Shown here piece after piece: positions 18,854-28,317 of a DNA stretch of 64,000 bases. A program made the position numbers and the translations under genes. This DNA is from an uncultured delta proteobacterium. Lineage in GTDB: Bacteria; Desulfobacterota; Zymogenia; Zymogenales; Zymogenaceae. Each line of letters opens with the position of its first letter. Positions within the stretch are counted from its first letter, which is position 1. The stretch spans positions 64,001 to 128,000 of the forward strand of contig CAWBYW010000013.1 of assembly GCA_963792965.1 (NCBI GenBank), given 5' to 3'. A model generated the notes under the pieces. The model worked only from the letters and a program-made list of their open reading frames with translations, was not told where the DNA came from and made no database searches.

Positions 18854-20002
18854 ATGGATTTCGCTTTTACGGACGAACAGCTTGCCTTCAGGGACCAGGT
18901 CATCAAATTCTCCCAGAAGGAGATCGCCCCGCTGGCGGAGGAGTATGACTACAAGGGCGAGTGGTGCTGGGAATCGTGGAAAAAGATGGGCGAATTCGGG
19001 CTGTTGGGGCTTCACTTCCCCGAGGAATACGGCGGCTCCGGGGCCGACGTGGTCACCGCGTGCCTGGCGGGCGAGGCGCTGGCCGAGGGCGGCGCCGACG
19101 GCGGCCTGACCCTCTCCTGGGGCGCCCATACGTACCTGTCGGCCGACACCATCTACCGACACGGCAACGAGGAGCAGAAAAAGAAGTACGTCCCCAAGAT
19201 GGCGACCGGGGAGTGGGTGGGATGCATGGCGCTTACCGAGCCCAACGCCGGATCGGACGCCGCCTCCATCACCACGACGGCCGTCAAGAAGGGTGACCGG
19301 TGGATCCTCAACGGCACGAAGATGTTTATCACCAACGGCCCCATCGCCGACGTCTGCGTGTGCTACGCCGTCACGGACAAGGAAAAGAAGCACATGGGGA
19401 TCTCGGGCTTCATCGTCGAGAAGGGCTTCAAGGGTTTTTCCGTGAGCAAGACCCTCAAGAAGATGGGAGTGAAGACCTCAACCACGGCCGAGCTGGTCTT
19501 CGAGGACTGCGAGGTGCCGGAGGAAAACCTCCTCGGCACGCTCAACAACGGGTTTCCGATGACGCTGCAGACCCTCGAGTGGGACCGGTCGGCGCTGCTG
19601 GCACCCTTTGTCGGCGGGATGGAGTTCGTGTTGAAACAGACCAGCCAGTACGCCAAGGAGCGCGTCCAGTTCGGCAAGTCGATCAGCCAATTCCAGGCGG
19701 TGCAGAAAAAGCTTGCCGATATCAAGTGTTTCATCGAGGCGGCACGGCTGTTGGTCTACCGCGTGGCATGGAACAAGGATCAGGGCAAGTCCCTCAACCA
19801 TATGGAAGCGGCATGCGCCAAGCTCTGGGTCGGCGACTGGGGCTTGCCGGCCATTTCCGAGGCCGTCCAGGTTCACGGCGGCTACGGCTTCATGCACGAG
19901 TACCCGGTGGAGCGGGTCTTCCGGGACGCGAAGCTTGCGCAGATCGGCGGGGGCACCTCGGAGATCCAGCGCTTCATCATCTCCAGACTCCTGTTGGCAT
20001 AG
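18854..20002 (+). CDS. Acyl-CoA dehydrogenase family protein
   Basis: ALTEPNAGSD, NGTKMFITNG, RVQFG, QVHGGYG, GGGTSEIQR. Confidence 0.93.
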   Translation: MDFAFTDEQLAFRDQVIKFSQKEIAPLAEEYDYKGEWCWESWKKMGEFGLLGLHFPEEYGGSGADVVTACLAGEALAEGGADGGLTLSWGAHTYLSADTIYRHGNEEQKKKYVPKMATGEWVGCMALTEPNAGSDAASITTTAVKKGDRWILNGTKMFITNGPIADVCVCYAVTDKEKKHMGISGFIVEKGFKGFSVSKTLKKMGVKTSTTAELVFEDCEVPEENLLGTLNNGFPMTLQTLEWDRSALLAPFVGGMEFVLKQTSQYAKERVQFGKSISQFQAVQKKLADIKCFIEAARLLVYRVAWNKDQGKSLNHMEAACAKLWVGDWGLPAISEAVQVHGGYGFMHEYPVERVFRDAKLAQIGGGTSEIQRFIISRLLLA

Positions 20003-20011
20003 GGGGACGCT

Positions 20012-21178
20012 ATGGACTACTCATTGAACAAAGAACAGTTGGCGCTGCAGGAATCGTTCAGAAAATTCTGCGAAAAAGAGATAAAGCCCAACGCCGATCA
20101 GCTCGATAAAGTCGATTACCAGAGGGCCGTGGATATCCTCAGGAAGAACGCCAAGAAGCTTGCCGAAATCGGCTACACGGGGCTCTTCCACGAGGAGAAA
20201 TACGGCGGGACGGGAAAGGACCTTCTTACCCAGTGCATCGCCCAGGAAGAGCTCGCAAAGGCCTGCGCCGCGACGTACCTCTCCGTGGGCGCCAGCGTCG
20301 GACTCTGCGGCATACCCATCGCCCTGTTCGGAAGCGAGGAACAAAAGAAGAAATACCTCCCGAAGCTGATCACGACGGAATGGATCGGCTCTTTCGGCCT
20401 GACGGAGCCTGATGCGGGATCGGATGCCATCAGCATCAAGACCACGGCCGTCAAGAAGGGGAAGAACTGGGTGATCAACGGCACCAAGACCTTCATCACC
20501 AACGGCCCCATCGCCGATGTCGTCGTCGTCATGGCGCGGACGGGGGAGGCCGAGCTCAAGGGCCGAAACGTCAGCTCGTTTATCGTGGATAAGGGGACGA
20601 AGGGCTTCTCGACGGGAAAGCCGATGGACAAGATGGGCTACAGGGGCTCGCCGACCTCGGAACTAATATTTGAGGAGTGCGAGATCCCGGGCGAAAACCT
20701 CCTCGGCGAGCTTGACCAGGGCTTCATCCAGGCCATGAAAACCCTCGAGTACGGAAGGATCGGGATGGCGATGGTCTGCCTGGGCGTCTCCATGGCCTGC
20801 ATGGAGGAGGCGATGAAGTACGCCAAGGAGCGCAGCCAGTTCGGCCGCCCCATCAGCAAGTTTCAGCTGGTCAGCTTCAAGATCGCCGATATGAAGGTCC
20901 TCACCGATGTCTCGCGCCTGTTGATCTACAAGGCGGCGTGGCTCAAGGAGCTCGGCGATCCGAATGCGGCGAACGCGGCCTCCATCGCGAAGCTCGTGGC
21001 CTCGGAGGCCTCGACCCAGATCTCGAGCTGGGCGGTGCAAATCCACGGCGGTTACGGCTACATGAAGGAGTACCCGGTCGAGCGGCTTTACCGCGACGCG
21101 AAGCTCGGCGAGATCGGCGAGGGGACCTCCGAGATCCAGCGCATCCTGATCGCGCGGGACGTCCTGGCAAAGTATTAG
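20012..21178 (+). CDS. Acyl-CoA dehydrogenase
   Basis: GLTEPDAGSD, NGTKTFITNG, QIHGGYGYM, IGEGTSEIQR with catalytic Glu. Confidence 0.95.
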   Translation: MDYSLNKEQLALQESFRKFCEKEIKPNADQLDKVDYQRAVDILRKNAKKLAEIGYTGLFHEEKYGGTGKDLLTQCIAQEELAKACAATYLSVGASVGLCGIPIALFGSEEQKKKYLPKLITTEWIGSFGLTEPDAGSDAISIKTTAVKKGKNWVINGTKTFITNGPIADVVVVMARTGEAELKGRNVSSFIVDKGTKGFSTGKPMDKMGYRGSPTSELIFEECEIPGENLLGELDQGFIQAMKTLEYGRIGMAMVCLGVSMACMEEAMKYAKERSQFGRPISKFQLVSFKIADMKVLTDVSRLLIYKAAWLKELGDPNAANAASIAKLVASEASTQISSWAVQIHGGYGYMKEYPVERLYRDAKLGEIGEGTSEIQRILIARDVLAKY

Positions 21179-21226
21179 CGGACAAAGCATCCGGGACTAT
21201 CTTACACGTATCTTCAGAAAAAGCAC

Positions 21227-21255
21227 AAAAGGCGGGGAACACCCCGCCTTTTTTT
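21227..21255 (+). terminator. Intrinsic terminator
   Basis: AAAAGGCGGGG-AACA-CCCCGCC followed by TTTTTTT. Confidence 0.85.
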
Positions 21256-21428
21256 CAGATCCTATCGACCTCACATGGGCTAAACCCCGGCAGGGCCCCA
21301 ATTAAATAGAAAAGTTTCATCGTAAGTGTAGCAAAGTTGTTGTTTTTGTTAAATCTTTCAATCTTTTTATTTGAAATATCGCCCTCTATCCGTTAGACTT
21401 GAATAAGTACTTTTAGCGAGCTAAGGTC

Positions 21429-21984
21429 ATGAAAGAAAAAGGGATCGTCAGGCGATTTGTCTTCCCCCTCGTTTTGGTCGTCGGGATCATGGTGATAGCG
21501 AGCCTCATCTTCCACGGGGCACGGCGCCTTGACCCGGGAGCCGTGCGCACGGTCCTCACGTGGACGTTCGGCACGGTCATGTTTCTCTCGATTTGGTTCT
21601 TCGGCTTCGTGGGCCCGCCCATCGCCTACTTTAAGGGGGCGCGGTTCATCGAGCGGCTTATCATCGCGTTCGCCAACCCGATTATCTGGGTGGTGCGGAT
21701 GATGGCCAAGGTGTCGTGCCAGTTCAGCGCGGTAGAGCTCGTATACTTCTTCTTCCTCCCCTGGACCTTCGGGATCATGTGCGTGACGCTCTTCGAGTTC
21801 TCGGTATCGGACCTCGTCTCGCGGGCCGTGGACAAGAAGAGGGGAGGGGACGTCAGGGTCTTTTCGCCGATCGTCGTGGTCGCTGCTTATCGGCGGGCTC
21901 TTAGGCACCTACTTCGGCCTCATCCGGGGCCAGGAGTGGGTCTACATGATTGTCCATAATTATGCCCAACACTTTGTGAAATAG
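21429..21984 (+). CDS. Uncharacterised membrane protein, one +1 frameshift near 21880
   Basis: Hydrophobic ORF; shifted frame continues LLIGGLLGTYFGLIRGQEWVYMIVHNYAQHFVK* and stops 14 nt before the sulfatase ATG. Confidence 0.65.
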
Positions 21985-21998
21985 TCGGGAGTAGTACG

Positions 21999-23447
21999 AT
22001 GAGCGATAAGAAAAACAAGGACGGCGTCAAGAAAGGATTGTCACGTCGCGACGCCCTCAAGGCGCTCGGCGGCGCGGCGGCGGCCCTCGGGATTGGGGGC
22101 GGACTCGCGTTTCCGGATCGTCTCTTTGCCGGGACCCCGACAAAGCGCCCCAACATCCTGTTCGTCCTGACCGACGACCACCGCTGGGACTGCATGGGCG
22201 TCATGGGTCACCCTTTCGTGAAGACGCCGAACATGGACCGGATCGCGCACGAAGGCATCCTGTTTGAGAACGCCTTCGTAACGACCTCGCTGTGCAGCCC
22301 ATCCCGCGCCTCGTTTCTGACGGGGCAGTACGCCTCCGTTCACGGCGTGATCAACAACTTCACCCCGTGGAACGAGACGAGGAACATCACGTTCCTTCAG
22401 CATCTCAAGGAGGTGGGGTATGACACCGCGTTCATCGGCAAGTGGCACATGCCGGGAGGAAAGCTCCCCAAGCTGCCGGGGGTTGATCTCTTTATCTCAT
22501 TCACGATAAAAGACGGCCAGGGCGACTACTACAATTGCCCTATGTATAAGAACGGGGAGCTCGTCACGGAAAAACGAAACCCCTACATCACCGAGGACCT
22601 GACCGACTACGCCCTCGAATATATCGACAAAGAGCGGCAAAATCCCTTTGTCCTGTACCTCTCACACAAGGCAGTCCATCATGACTGGCGGCCGCCCAAG
22701 CATCTGGCCGGGATGTACAAGGACGCAGACCTTTCGTTCTTGGCGCCCGAGTCGGACACCTTCGACACATGGACGGGCAACAACTGGCTCGAGGGCACGA
22801 TGGGCCTCATGCACCCGGTCTACAAGCGCTACTGCGAGTGTATCACCTCTGTGGACGAACAACTCGGCCGTGTCCTTGAACTGCTTGAGAAGAAGGGTAT
22901 CCTCGACGACACCGTCATCGTCTATTGCGGCGACAACGGCTACATCTGGGGAGAACACCGGCTCTACGCCAAACACTGGCCCTATGAGGAGTCTATCCGC
23001 ATCCCCTACCTTGTCCGTTACGGTCGTCTCATCCCCGACCCCGGCAGGCGAGCCGATCAGATGATCCTCAATATAGACCTTGCCCCGACGCTCCTTACGC
23101 TTGCGGGGGCAAAGATCCCCGCCCAAATGCAGGGCGACAGCTTTGTGCCGATCATGGAATCGGCCGCAGCGCCGGCGAGAGACTCGTGGGTCTACGAGCT
23201 CTTCAACGACTTCCCCTTCGGGGGGAGAGTCCCACCCCACAAGGCGTTGAGAACCAAGCGCTACAAATATATCGAGTGGGAGGTCTGCCGCGACCCCGAG
23301 CTCTACGACCTGAAAACCGACCCCCGCGAGATGAAGAACCTCGTGGGAAGCCCAGAGGGAGACGCTTTGGCCGTGAAACTCAGCGAAGAGCTGAGCATGT
23401 TGAAAAGGAAATATAAGATTATAACCTCAGAGGACGGCCATGTTTGA
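21999..23447 (+). CDS. Tat-exported Cys-type sulfatase
   Basis: SRRDALK signal; TDDHR, CSPSRASFLTG formylglycine motif, GKWH, GDNG, GEH. Confidence 0.93.
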   Translation: MSDKKNKDGVKKGLSRRDALKALGGAAAALGIGGGLAFPDRLFAGTPTKRPNILFVLTDDHRWDCMGVMGHPFVKTPNMDRIAHEGILFENAFVTTSLCSPSRASFLTGQYASVHGVINNFTPWNETRNITFLQHLKEVGYDTAFIGKWHMPGGKLPKLPGVDLFISFTIKDGQGDYYNCPMYKNGELVTEKRNPYITEDLTDYALEYIDKERQNPFVLYLSHKAVHHDWRPPKHLAGMYKDADLSFLAPESDTFDTWTGNNWLEGTMGLMHPVYKRYCECITSVDEQLGRVLELLEKKGILDDTVIVYCGDNGYIWGEHRLYAKHWPYEESIRIPYLVRYGRLIPDPGRRADQMILNIDLAPTLLTLAGAKIPAQMQGDSFVPIMESAAAPARDSWVYELFNDFPFGGRVPPHKALRTKRYKYIEWEVCRDPELYDLKTDPREMKNLVGSPEGDALAVKLSEELSMLKRKYKIITSEDGHV

Positions 23448-24069
23448 GTCGAGAAAGATACCCAATCAATTTCTCCACTTTACGCTGAGGGCGATAGATG
23501 AGATCATAGGGAACCAACGGTCTGAACTCGATCCTGAATCTGACGGGGCTTACAAAATACAAGGGGAACTTTCCCCCGAACAACGAAGATCTCGGCGCGG
23601 ACGCCGATCGACGTCGGTAGGCTCGTTAAGGGGACGATCGATCTCATCGGAATAAACGGCGTCAAGGCGATCCTGAAGAATGCGGGGCGCAGGGGCTACC
23701 GCATGTCGCTGGACGAAAACCCGGAGCTGATGGAGGCACTCGGAAACGAGCTGAAGAAGCTTCCCACCGATCGCGACAGGATCGCCTCGCTGATGGGGGC
23801 GATCACCTACGACGCGAATCGGATCTTCGGGGAGAAGCACCAGGAGCTGATCCCACAAAACGACGGCTTCGAGGTACGGATCCGGGAGTGCGAGTGGTGC
23901 TGGGGCATACGAAGGCGCGGGATCTCCGGTCTGTTTTGCGGAGCTCGGGCTCGAGGAGGAGGCGATACTCTGGGCGACGGGGAAGCACTACGACATCACC
24001 GAGACCCAGTGCCGCGCCCAGGGCGCGGATCTCTGTATCTTCCACATCTCGGGCACTCCGCGGGAATAA
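23440..24069 (+). CDS. V4R-domain protein, split by three +1 frameshifts
   Basis: Stitched frames: AIDEIIG / TNGLNSILNLTGL...FPPNN / VKGTIDLIGINGVKAILKNAGRRG...ECEWCWG / PVCFAELG...ITETQCRAQGADLCIFHI. Confidence 0.75.
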
Positions 24070-24330
24070 CCGTCTACCATCCCGACGCTTCGTGTGCCCT
24101 CGGCGACGCGCGGGGGGATCATCTTAACTTTTCCTTTTTCGACCCGACAGGAGTGGACATCGGCACGGGTTATGTTGTCGGGCGCACCGAATGAAATCGG
24201 GCCGGAGGTCTCGCGACTCCGGCCCATTGTCTTCTCATTTCCTCTCTTGACCCCACCTATCACAGTTTGCACGAATCTGTCTCCGGATAGGCAGAGCCGG
24301 CGGGGGAACTGATGGCGCCGATGAGGTCGA

Positions 24331-25557
24331 TCACGAGTCGAAATACATCATCGTGGCGTCGTGGAGCACGGCCACCTTCGTCCCCTTGCCGAGTTTATCT
24401 TTAAGAAGGGGCAGCGTCTGATCCCAGCTCCTCGTAAAGGTGATCGCCTCGGGGTTCCTTACCCAGTCGCCGAAGTTTCTCTCGGGATGGGGCGCGACGA
24501 TGATCACGTTGAGCGACGGCGGGACCATCCCCACCGGGTACTGTCGGCCGCCGTGATTTCTCCCGAAGCTCCTCAGCAGGTAATGGGTAACCTGTCCGTC
24601 GGGTGCGTTGGCAAATATCACCACCGTCCCCGAGAAGCTCTCAAGCGCAAGCCCCCCGCAGAGGATGGCGATGGCCATCTCGTTGGCCTTGGCAAAGGCG
24701 TTGCAGATGACAAGGTTATTGCCCTTCGGACGGGGGTCCGCTGCGTAGACGTCCTTGGCAAGCTTTACCGCCTCTTTATACTGCTCGACGAAGTCCCCGG
24801 CGAAGAGCCCCGTTGTCGCCCCTCGGTCGTTGACGATCACGTCGATCTTGAAATCAAGCCCGGCCATTCGCGCCGCCTCCTCGATGTTGAGGCGCATGAT
24901 GTTCTTGTCGTAGTTACCGAGCCCGCAGCTGGCGGGGTCCTGGGCGTAGACCTCGATGTGGTAGTGGGAAGAGCTATCGTAGTGGGCGACGCCGGGGAGG
25001 ACGATCTTTCCCCCGCCGGAAAAACCGGTCTGGGGATGGGCCGTCACGCAGCCGATCCCGATCTTGACGTCGGCCTGCATCACTTCCTTGTTCACCATCA
25101 CCTTCGTGCCCTTGGTCGTGGTGCCGACGTAGTCGCAGTGCTCATAGGGGTTATGGTTGAAAACGCGGAATTTCTCCAGGATGTCGTCCCCGAGCTTCTT
25201 TCTGAACTCGTGGTTGGTGTGGGCCCCGTGGTTGCCGAGGGCGCAGACGAACGTGATGTCGTCTTCCTTGATCCCGCCCGCGACGAGCTCACGAATCACG
25301 ATCGGAGCGATCTCCGAGATGCGGGTGGGGCGGGTGATGTCGTCGAAGATGATGACGGCGCTCTTCTTTCCCCTGGCGATCTGAGACAGGGGAGGGGAGC
25401 CGATCGGGTTTTTGATCGCGGTCTCCATCTCTTTGGCCGTCAGCGGTTTTCGCTTGGCTCCTCGCATGGGACAGAGGGTCACCTCCCACTCGTCGGGGAG
25501 ATTGATGGTTGTGGTCGTGTTGCCGTACCAGATAAGCTCGGGGAGCTCTACTTTCAT
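24331..25557 (-). CDS. LarA-family nickel-pincer enzyme (lactate racemase domain, DUF2088)
   Basis: DDITRPT, ALGNH, HPQTGFSGGGKIVLPG. Confidence 0.85.
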   Translation of the reverse strand: MKVELPELIWYGNTTTTINLPDEWEVTLCPMRGAKRKPLTAKEMETAIKNPIGSPPLSQIARGKKSAVIIFDDITRPTRISEIAPIVIRELVAGGIKEDDITFVCALGNHGAHTNHEFRKKLGDDILEKFRVFNHNPYEHCDYVGTTTKGTKVMVNKEVMQADVKIGIGCVTAHPQTGFSGGGKIVLPGVAHYDSSSHYHIEVYAQDPASCGLGNYDKNIMRLNIEEAARMAGLDFKIDVIVNDRGATTGLFAGDFVEQYKEAVKLAKDVYAADPRPKGNNLVICNAFAKANEMAIAILCGGLALESFSGTVVIFANAPDGQVTHYLLRSFGRNHGGRQYPVGMVPPSLNVIIVAPHPERNFGDWVRNPEAITFTRSWDQTLPLLKDKLGKGTKVAVLHDATMMYFDS

Positions 25558-25779
25558 GGCCTATCCTCCCAAGGGTATATTACCGAGACGGTCGGCCCCG
25601 GGCAACAGGGCGCGGAGAAGAAATAACCCAAGATCCCGCGGGCCGAATTTCCTTGAATCCTTCTCCGCAGTCGTGTAAGGGACGGACTACGTCTTTTCCC
25701 ACTTATATCATACCGGAGGAAGAAAGGCGAGATATTTGATGGGCCGAGGCCCGAATAGAGACCGCGCGGAGTGTCCGAC

Positions 25780-27057
25780 TCACCGGGACCGGGTGGACCT
25801 CAGCCCCCAAGGCATTTTGTGCACCTTTGCCGATATGAACCAGGTGAGAGCGAAACAGAGGAAATAGGCGATCATTGCGCCCTGGGCCGCCCCGACCGCA
25901 CCGTTTCTTGTGACGAGAAGGTAGCTGATGAAGATATTTATGACCGCGACGAATAACGTTATAACAGCCAGGATATAAGTCTTTTGCGCGTAGAGAATAT
26001 AGTTTGCGAACATCGAATACATGCCGTTGAATGCCATGCCGAGGGCGATCCAAAAAACGTATCTGTAGGCCCCGGTAAAATCCTTACCCACGAAGAAGTC
26101 CAGAAACCAGGGGGCAAGCAATGCCAGCATCACGGCACAGAGGGTCACCGCAACCATGTAGAGGTAGGTAATCTTGACGATTCTGCGCTTGAGATAATAG
26201 TCGTCCTTGCCGAGCCGCTCGAACAGCCATGGCATCCAGGCCAGGTTGAAAGAAGACTGCAAGAGGCCGATAACCATCCCGATCTGCACCCCGACGGTGT
26301 AGACGCCGGTGACACTGATGCCGATCAAGTTGGTTATAAGCACCCTGTCCGTCATGCTTATGATCAGAAAACTAATCGCCTGGGGAATGAGGGGAATCCC
26401 GAATTTCAGCGCGTCCCGTATATAGGCGGTGTCAACCTTCCAGCTGAGCCATTTCTCTCTCCACAATATAGCAAAGTTCGCCGCGGCGAATACGACGAAG
26501 GTAACGACCTGGGCCACGATCCGTCCCTGCCACTTCATACCGAGAAAAACGACCAAGGCGATGGAAAGTCCGAGATTGAGCGACGTGTGGCCGATCTGGA
26601 ACAGACTGAAGGGCAGGGGTTTGCCGGCGGCCCGCCACAGCGTAAGGCGAATCTGATAAATATACTGGCAGGATGAGATGACCAAGACGGCCCACAGCCA
26701 GCCCGATGGGATCCCGGAGTAGGTGCTTATCGGGCCGGATAGAAGAAAAAAGAGGAGGCCGACGACGGCCGTGGAGGTAACCAAAATATAGAGACAGTTC
26801 GCGATATATCTCGGCAGGTCGTCGGTAGTCCTTTCGAAATATTGCCTGCCGATCGCCGTATCGACGCTGAGGCCGGTAAACGCCGCCGCAATGGGCGTAA
26901 GGACCCAGAACATGGCAACGATGCCGTAGTCCCTCGGCGTGAGATAGCGCGTGAGGATCGGTACGAGGAGAAAAGGAATTGCGCTGTTGACGAAGTTGCC
27001 CGAGGTATAGACGGAAGCGGTCCGAAACAGCTGAGAATTGACTACTCTCTTTATCAT
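25780..27057 (-). CDS. wzx: Oligosaccharide flippase (Wzx/PST family)
   Basis: PILTRYLTPRDYG, FGIPLIP, TDRVLI, GAVGAA; about 12 TM. Confidence 0.85.
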   Translation of the reverse strand: MIKRVVNSQLFRTASVYTSGNFVNSAIPFLLVPILTRYLTPRDYGIVAMFWVLTPIAAAFTGLSVDTAIGRQYFERTTDDLPRYIANCLYILVTSTAVVGLLFFLLSGPISTYSGIPSGWLWAVLVISSCQYIYQIRLTLWRAAGKPLPFSLFQIGHTSLNLGLSIALVVFLGMKWQGRIVAQVVTFVVFAAANFAILWREKWLSWKVDTAYIRDALKFGIPLIPQAISFLIISMTDRVLITNLIGISVTGVYTVGVQIGMVIGLLQSSFNLAWMPWLFERLGKDDYYLKRRIVKITYLYMVAVTLCAVMLALLAPWFLDFFVGKDFTGAYRYVFWIALGMAFNGMYSMFANYILYAQKTYILAVITLFVAVINIFISYLLVTRNGAVGAAQGAMIAYFLCFALTWFISAKVHKMPWGLRSTRSR

Positions 27058-27505
27058 GATGGTCGGAGGTAACTGTCGAAGATGTGTTTCGCTTTAAAGA
27101 AGCATAAGGCCGATGTCCGCGCGAGTGTATCACGTCCATATAAAATAGTGCATCAAAAAAACGTCTCACCGAGATAATAATCGGGATATCTGAGCTTCGC
27201 GGAGGAGCCGAGGGGACGCTATCGCCGCAGGTAGGGACACAGAGCCGTGGAGAAAATCGACCGAAAGCCGTTCTCGGTACAGCGGCCGCCATGGCTTTTG
27301 GCGAGCCGCGTTTGGCAGGTGGGGAAGGAACGTACAGGTGGATCCATCTCGGTGGACCGCCTTCGTGAGGACAAAAAGATATCCGTGCTGTATCACATCC
27401 GTGATAAGGCCGCACCTGTCCCATCTCTCAGACCTCGATGAGTCAGGGCGGGTTTCAGTGAGCGAGAAATGGTACCTGGTAAAGAGATGGGATGGGTACC
27501 GCCCG

Positions 27506-28087
27506 CTACTCGGCCTTGAGCGGGATGAGCTGGAAGCTGTCTATGACTTGCTCGTAGACGGGCCCCCAGGTATCGAATTGCCTGTAGGCGCCGGCGAGTC
27601 CGATGGTGTAGACGCCTTTGTTGCCGAAGAGCCTGATGATCCAGCGGTGGATCTGTTCGGGATCGGATTTGTCGGTCTCCTTGTACCAATAGCCGTAGCC
27701 GTTCTTGATCGTAAGATCCGTGAGGTCTTTTATCTTTGCATTGGGTGCCTTGACGGCGTCCACGTCGGTTTTCCGGTTGATCTGAAAGAGCTGGGAGGAG
27801 CCGGGCGTGTCCATGGAGACCCAGTTGACGGAGATAGTCAACGCCGGTTCTTTGGAGCCGCCTGTCCCGGCCGGGGTCCCGGGCGCACCGCCGACCGATG
27901 CGGGCCGGTAGCTCCATGTGGCGGTGCTGTCGATCTTCCCTCCTTCGAGCGTAAACTCCTTGGGGAGTTGGAAGGCGTAGCCGAACTTGTCGACCGAGAT
28001 GTCGACGAATTCACCGCTCTGGGCGGCGGCTAGTGCGACACACACGATAAGGACTATGACGGTAAATGCCGTAATCTTCTTAAACAT
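27506..28087 (-). CDS. Secreted protein, possibly PsbP/Mog1p-like fold
   Basis: Signal peptide ending ALA-A; KFGYAFQLPKEF start and YEQVIDSFQL end are typical of the fold. Confidence 0.5.
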   Translation of the reverse strand: MFKKITAFTVIVLIVCVALAAAQSGEFVDISVDKFGYAFQLPKEFTLEGGKIDSTATWSYRPASVGGAPGTPAGTGGSKEPALTISVNWVSMDTPGSSQLFQINRKTDVDAVKAPNAKIKDLTDLTIKNGYGYWYKETDKSDPEQIHRWIIRLFGNKGVYTIGLAGAYRQFDTWGPVYEQVIDSFQLIPLKAE

Positions 28088-28317
28088 AGAAACCTCTTAG
28101 AATGGATGAGGGGTTCATAATAAGACACTATATCATGCACTGACGGACAGCGCAATCGCCCCAGTAGTTCTTGATATGGCGCACGAAGGAACAGGACGGT
28201 GGCACAAGAATTACGACCGGGTCGACGGAGCGCCGTAAGGTCGCCTGCGGCACGTTTTTTGGCTCTTTTTTCATCATTTATGCTATGATGAAAAACAAGA
28301 GCCGAGAAGGAGAAAGA

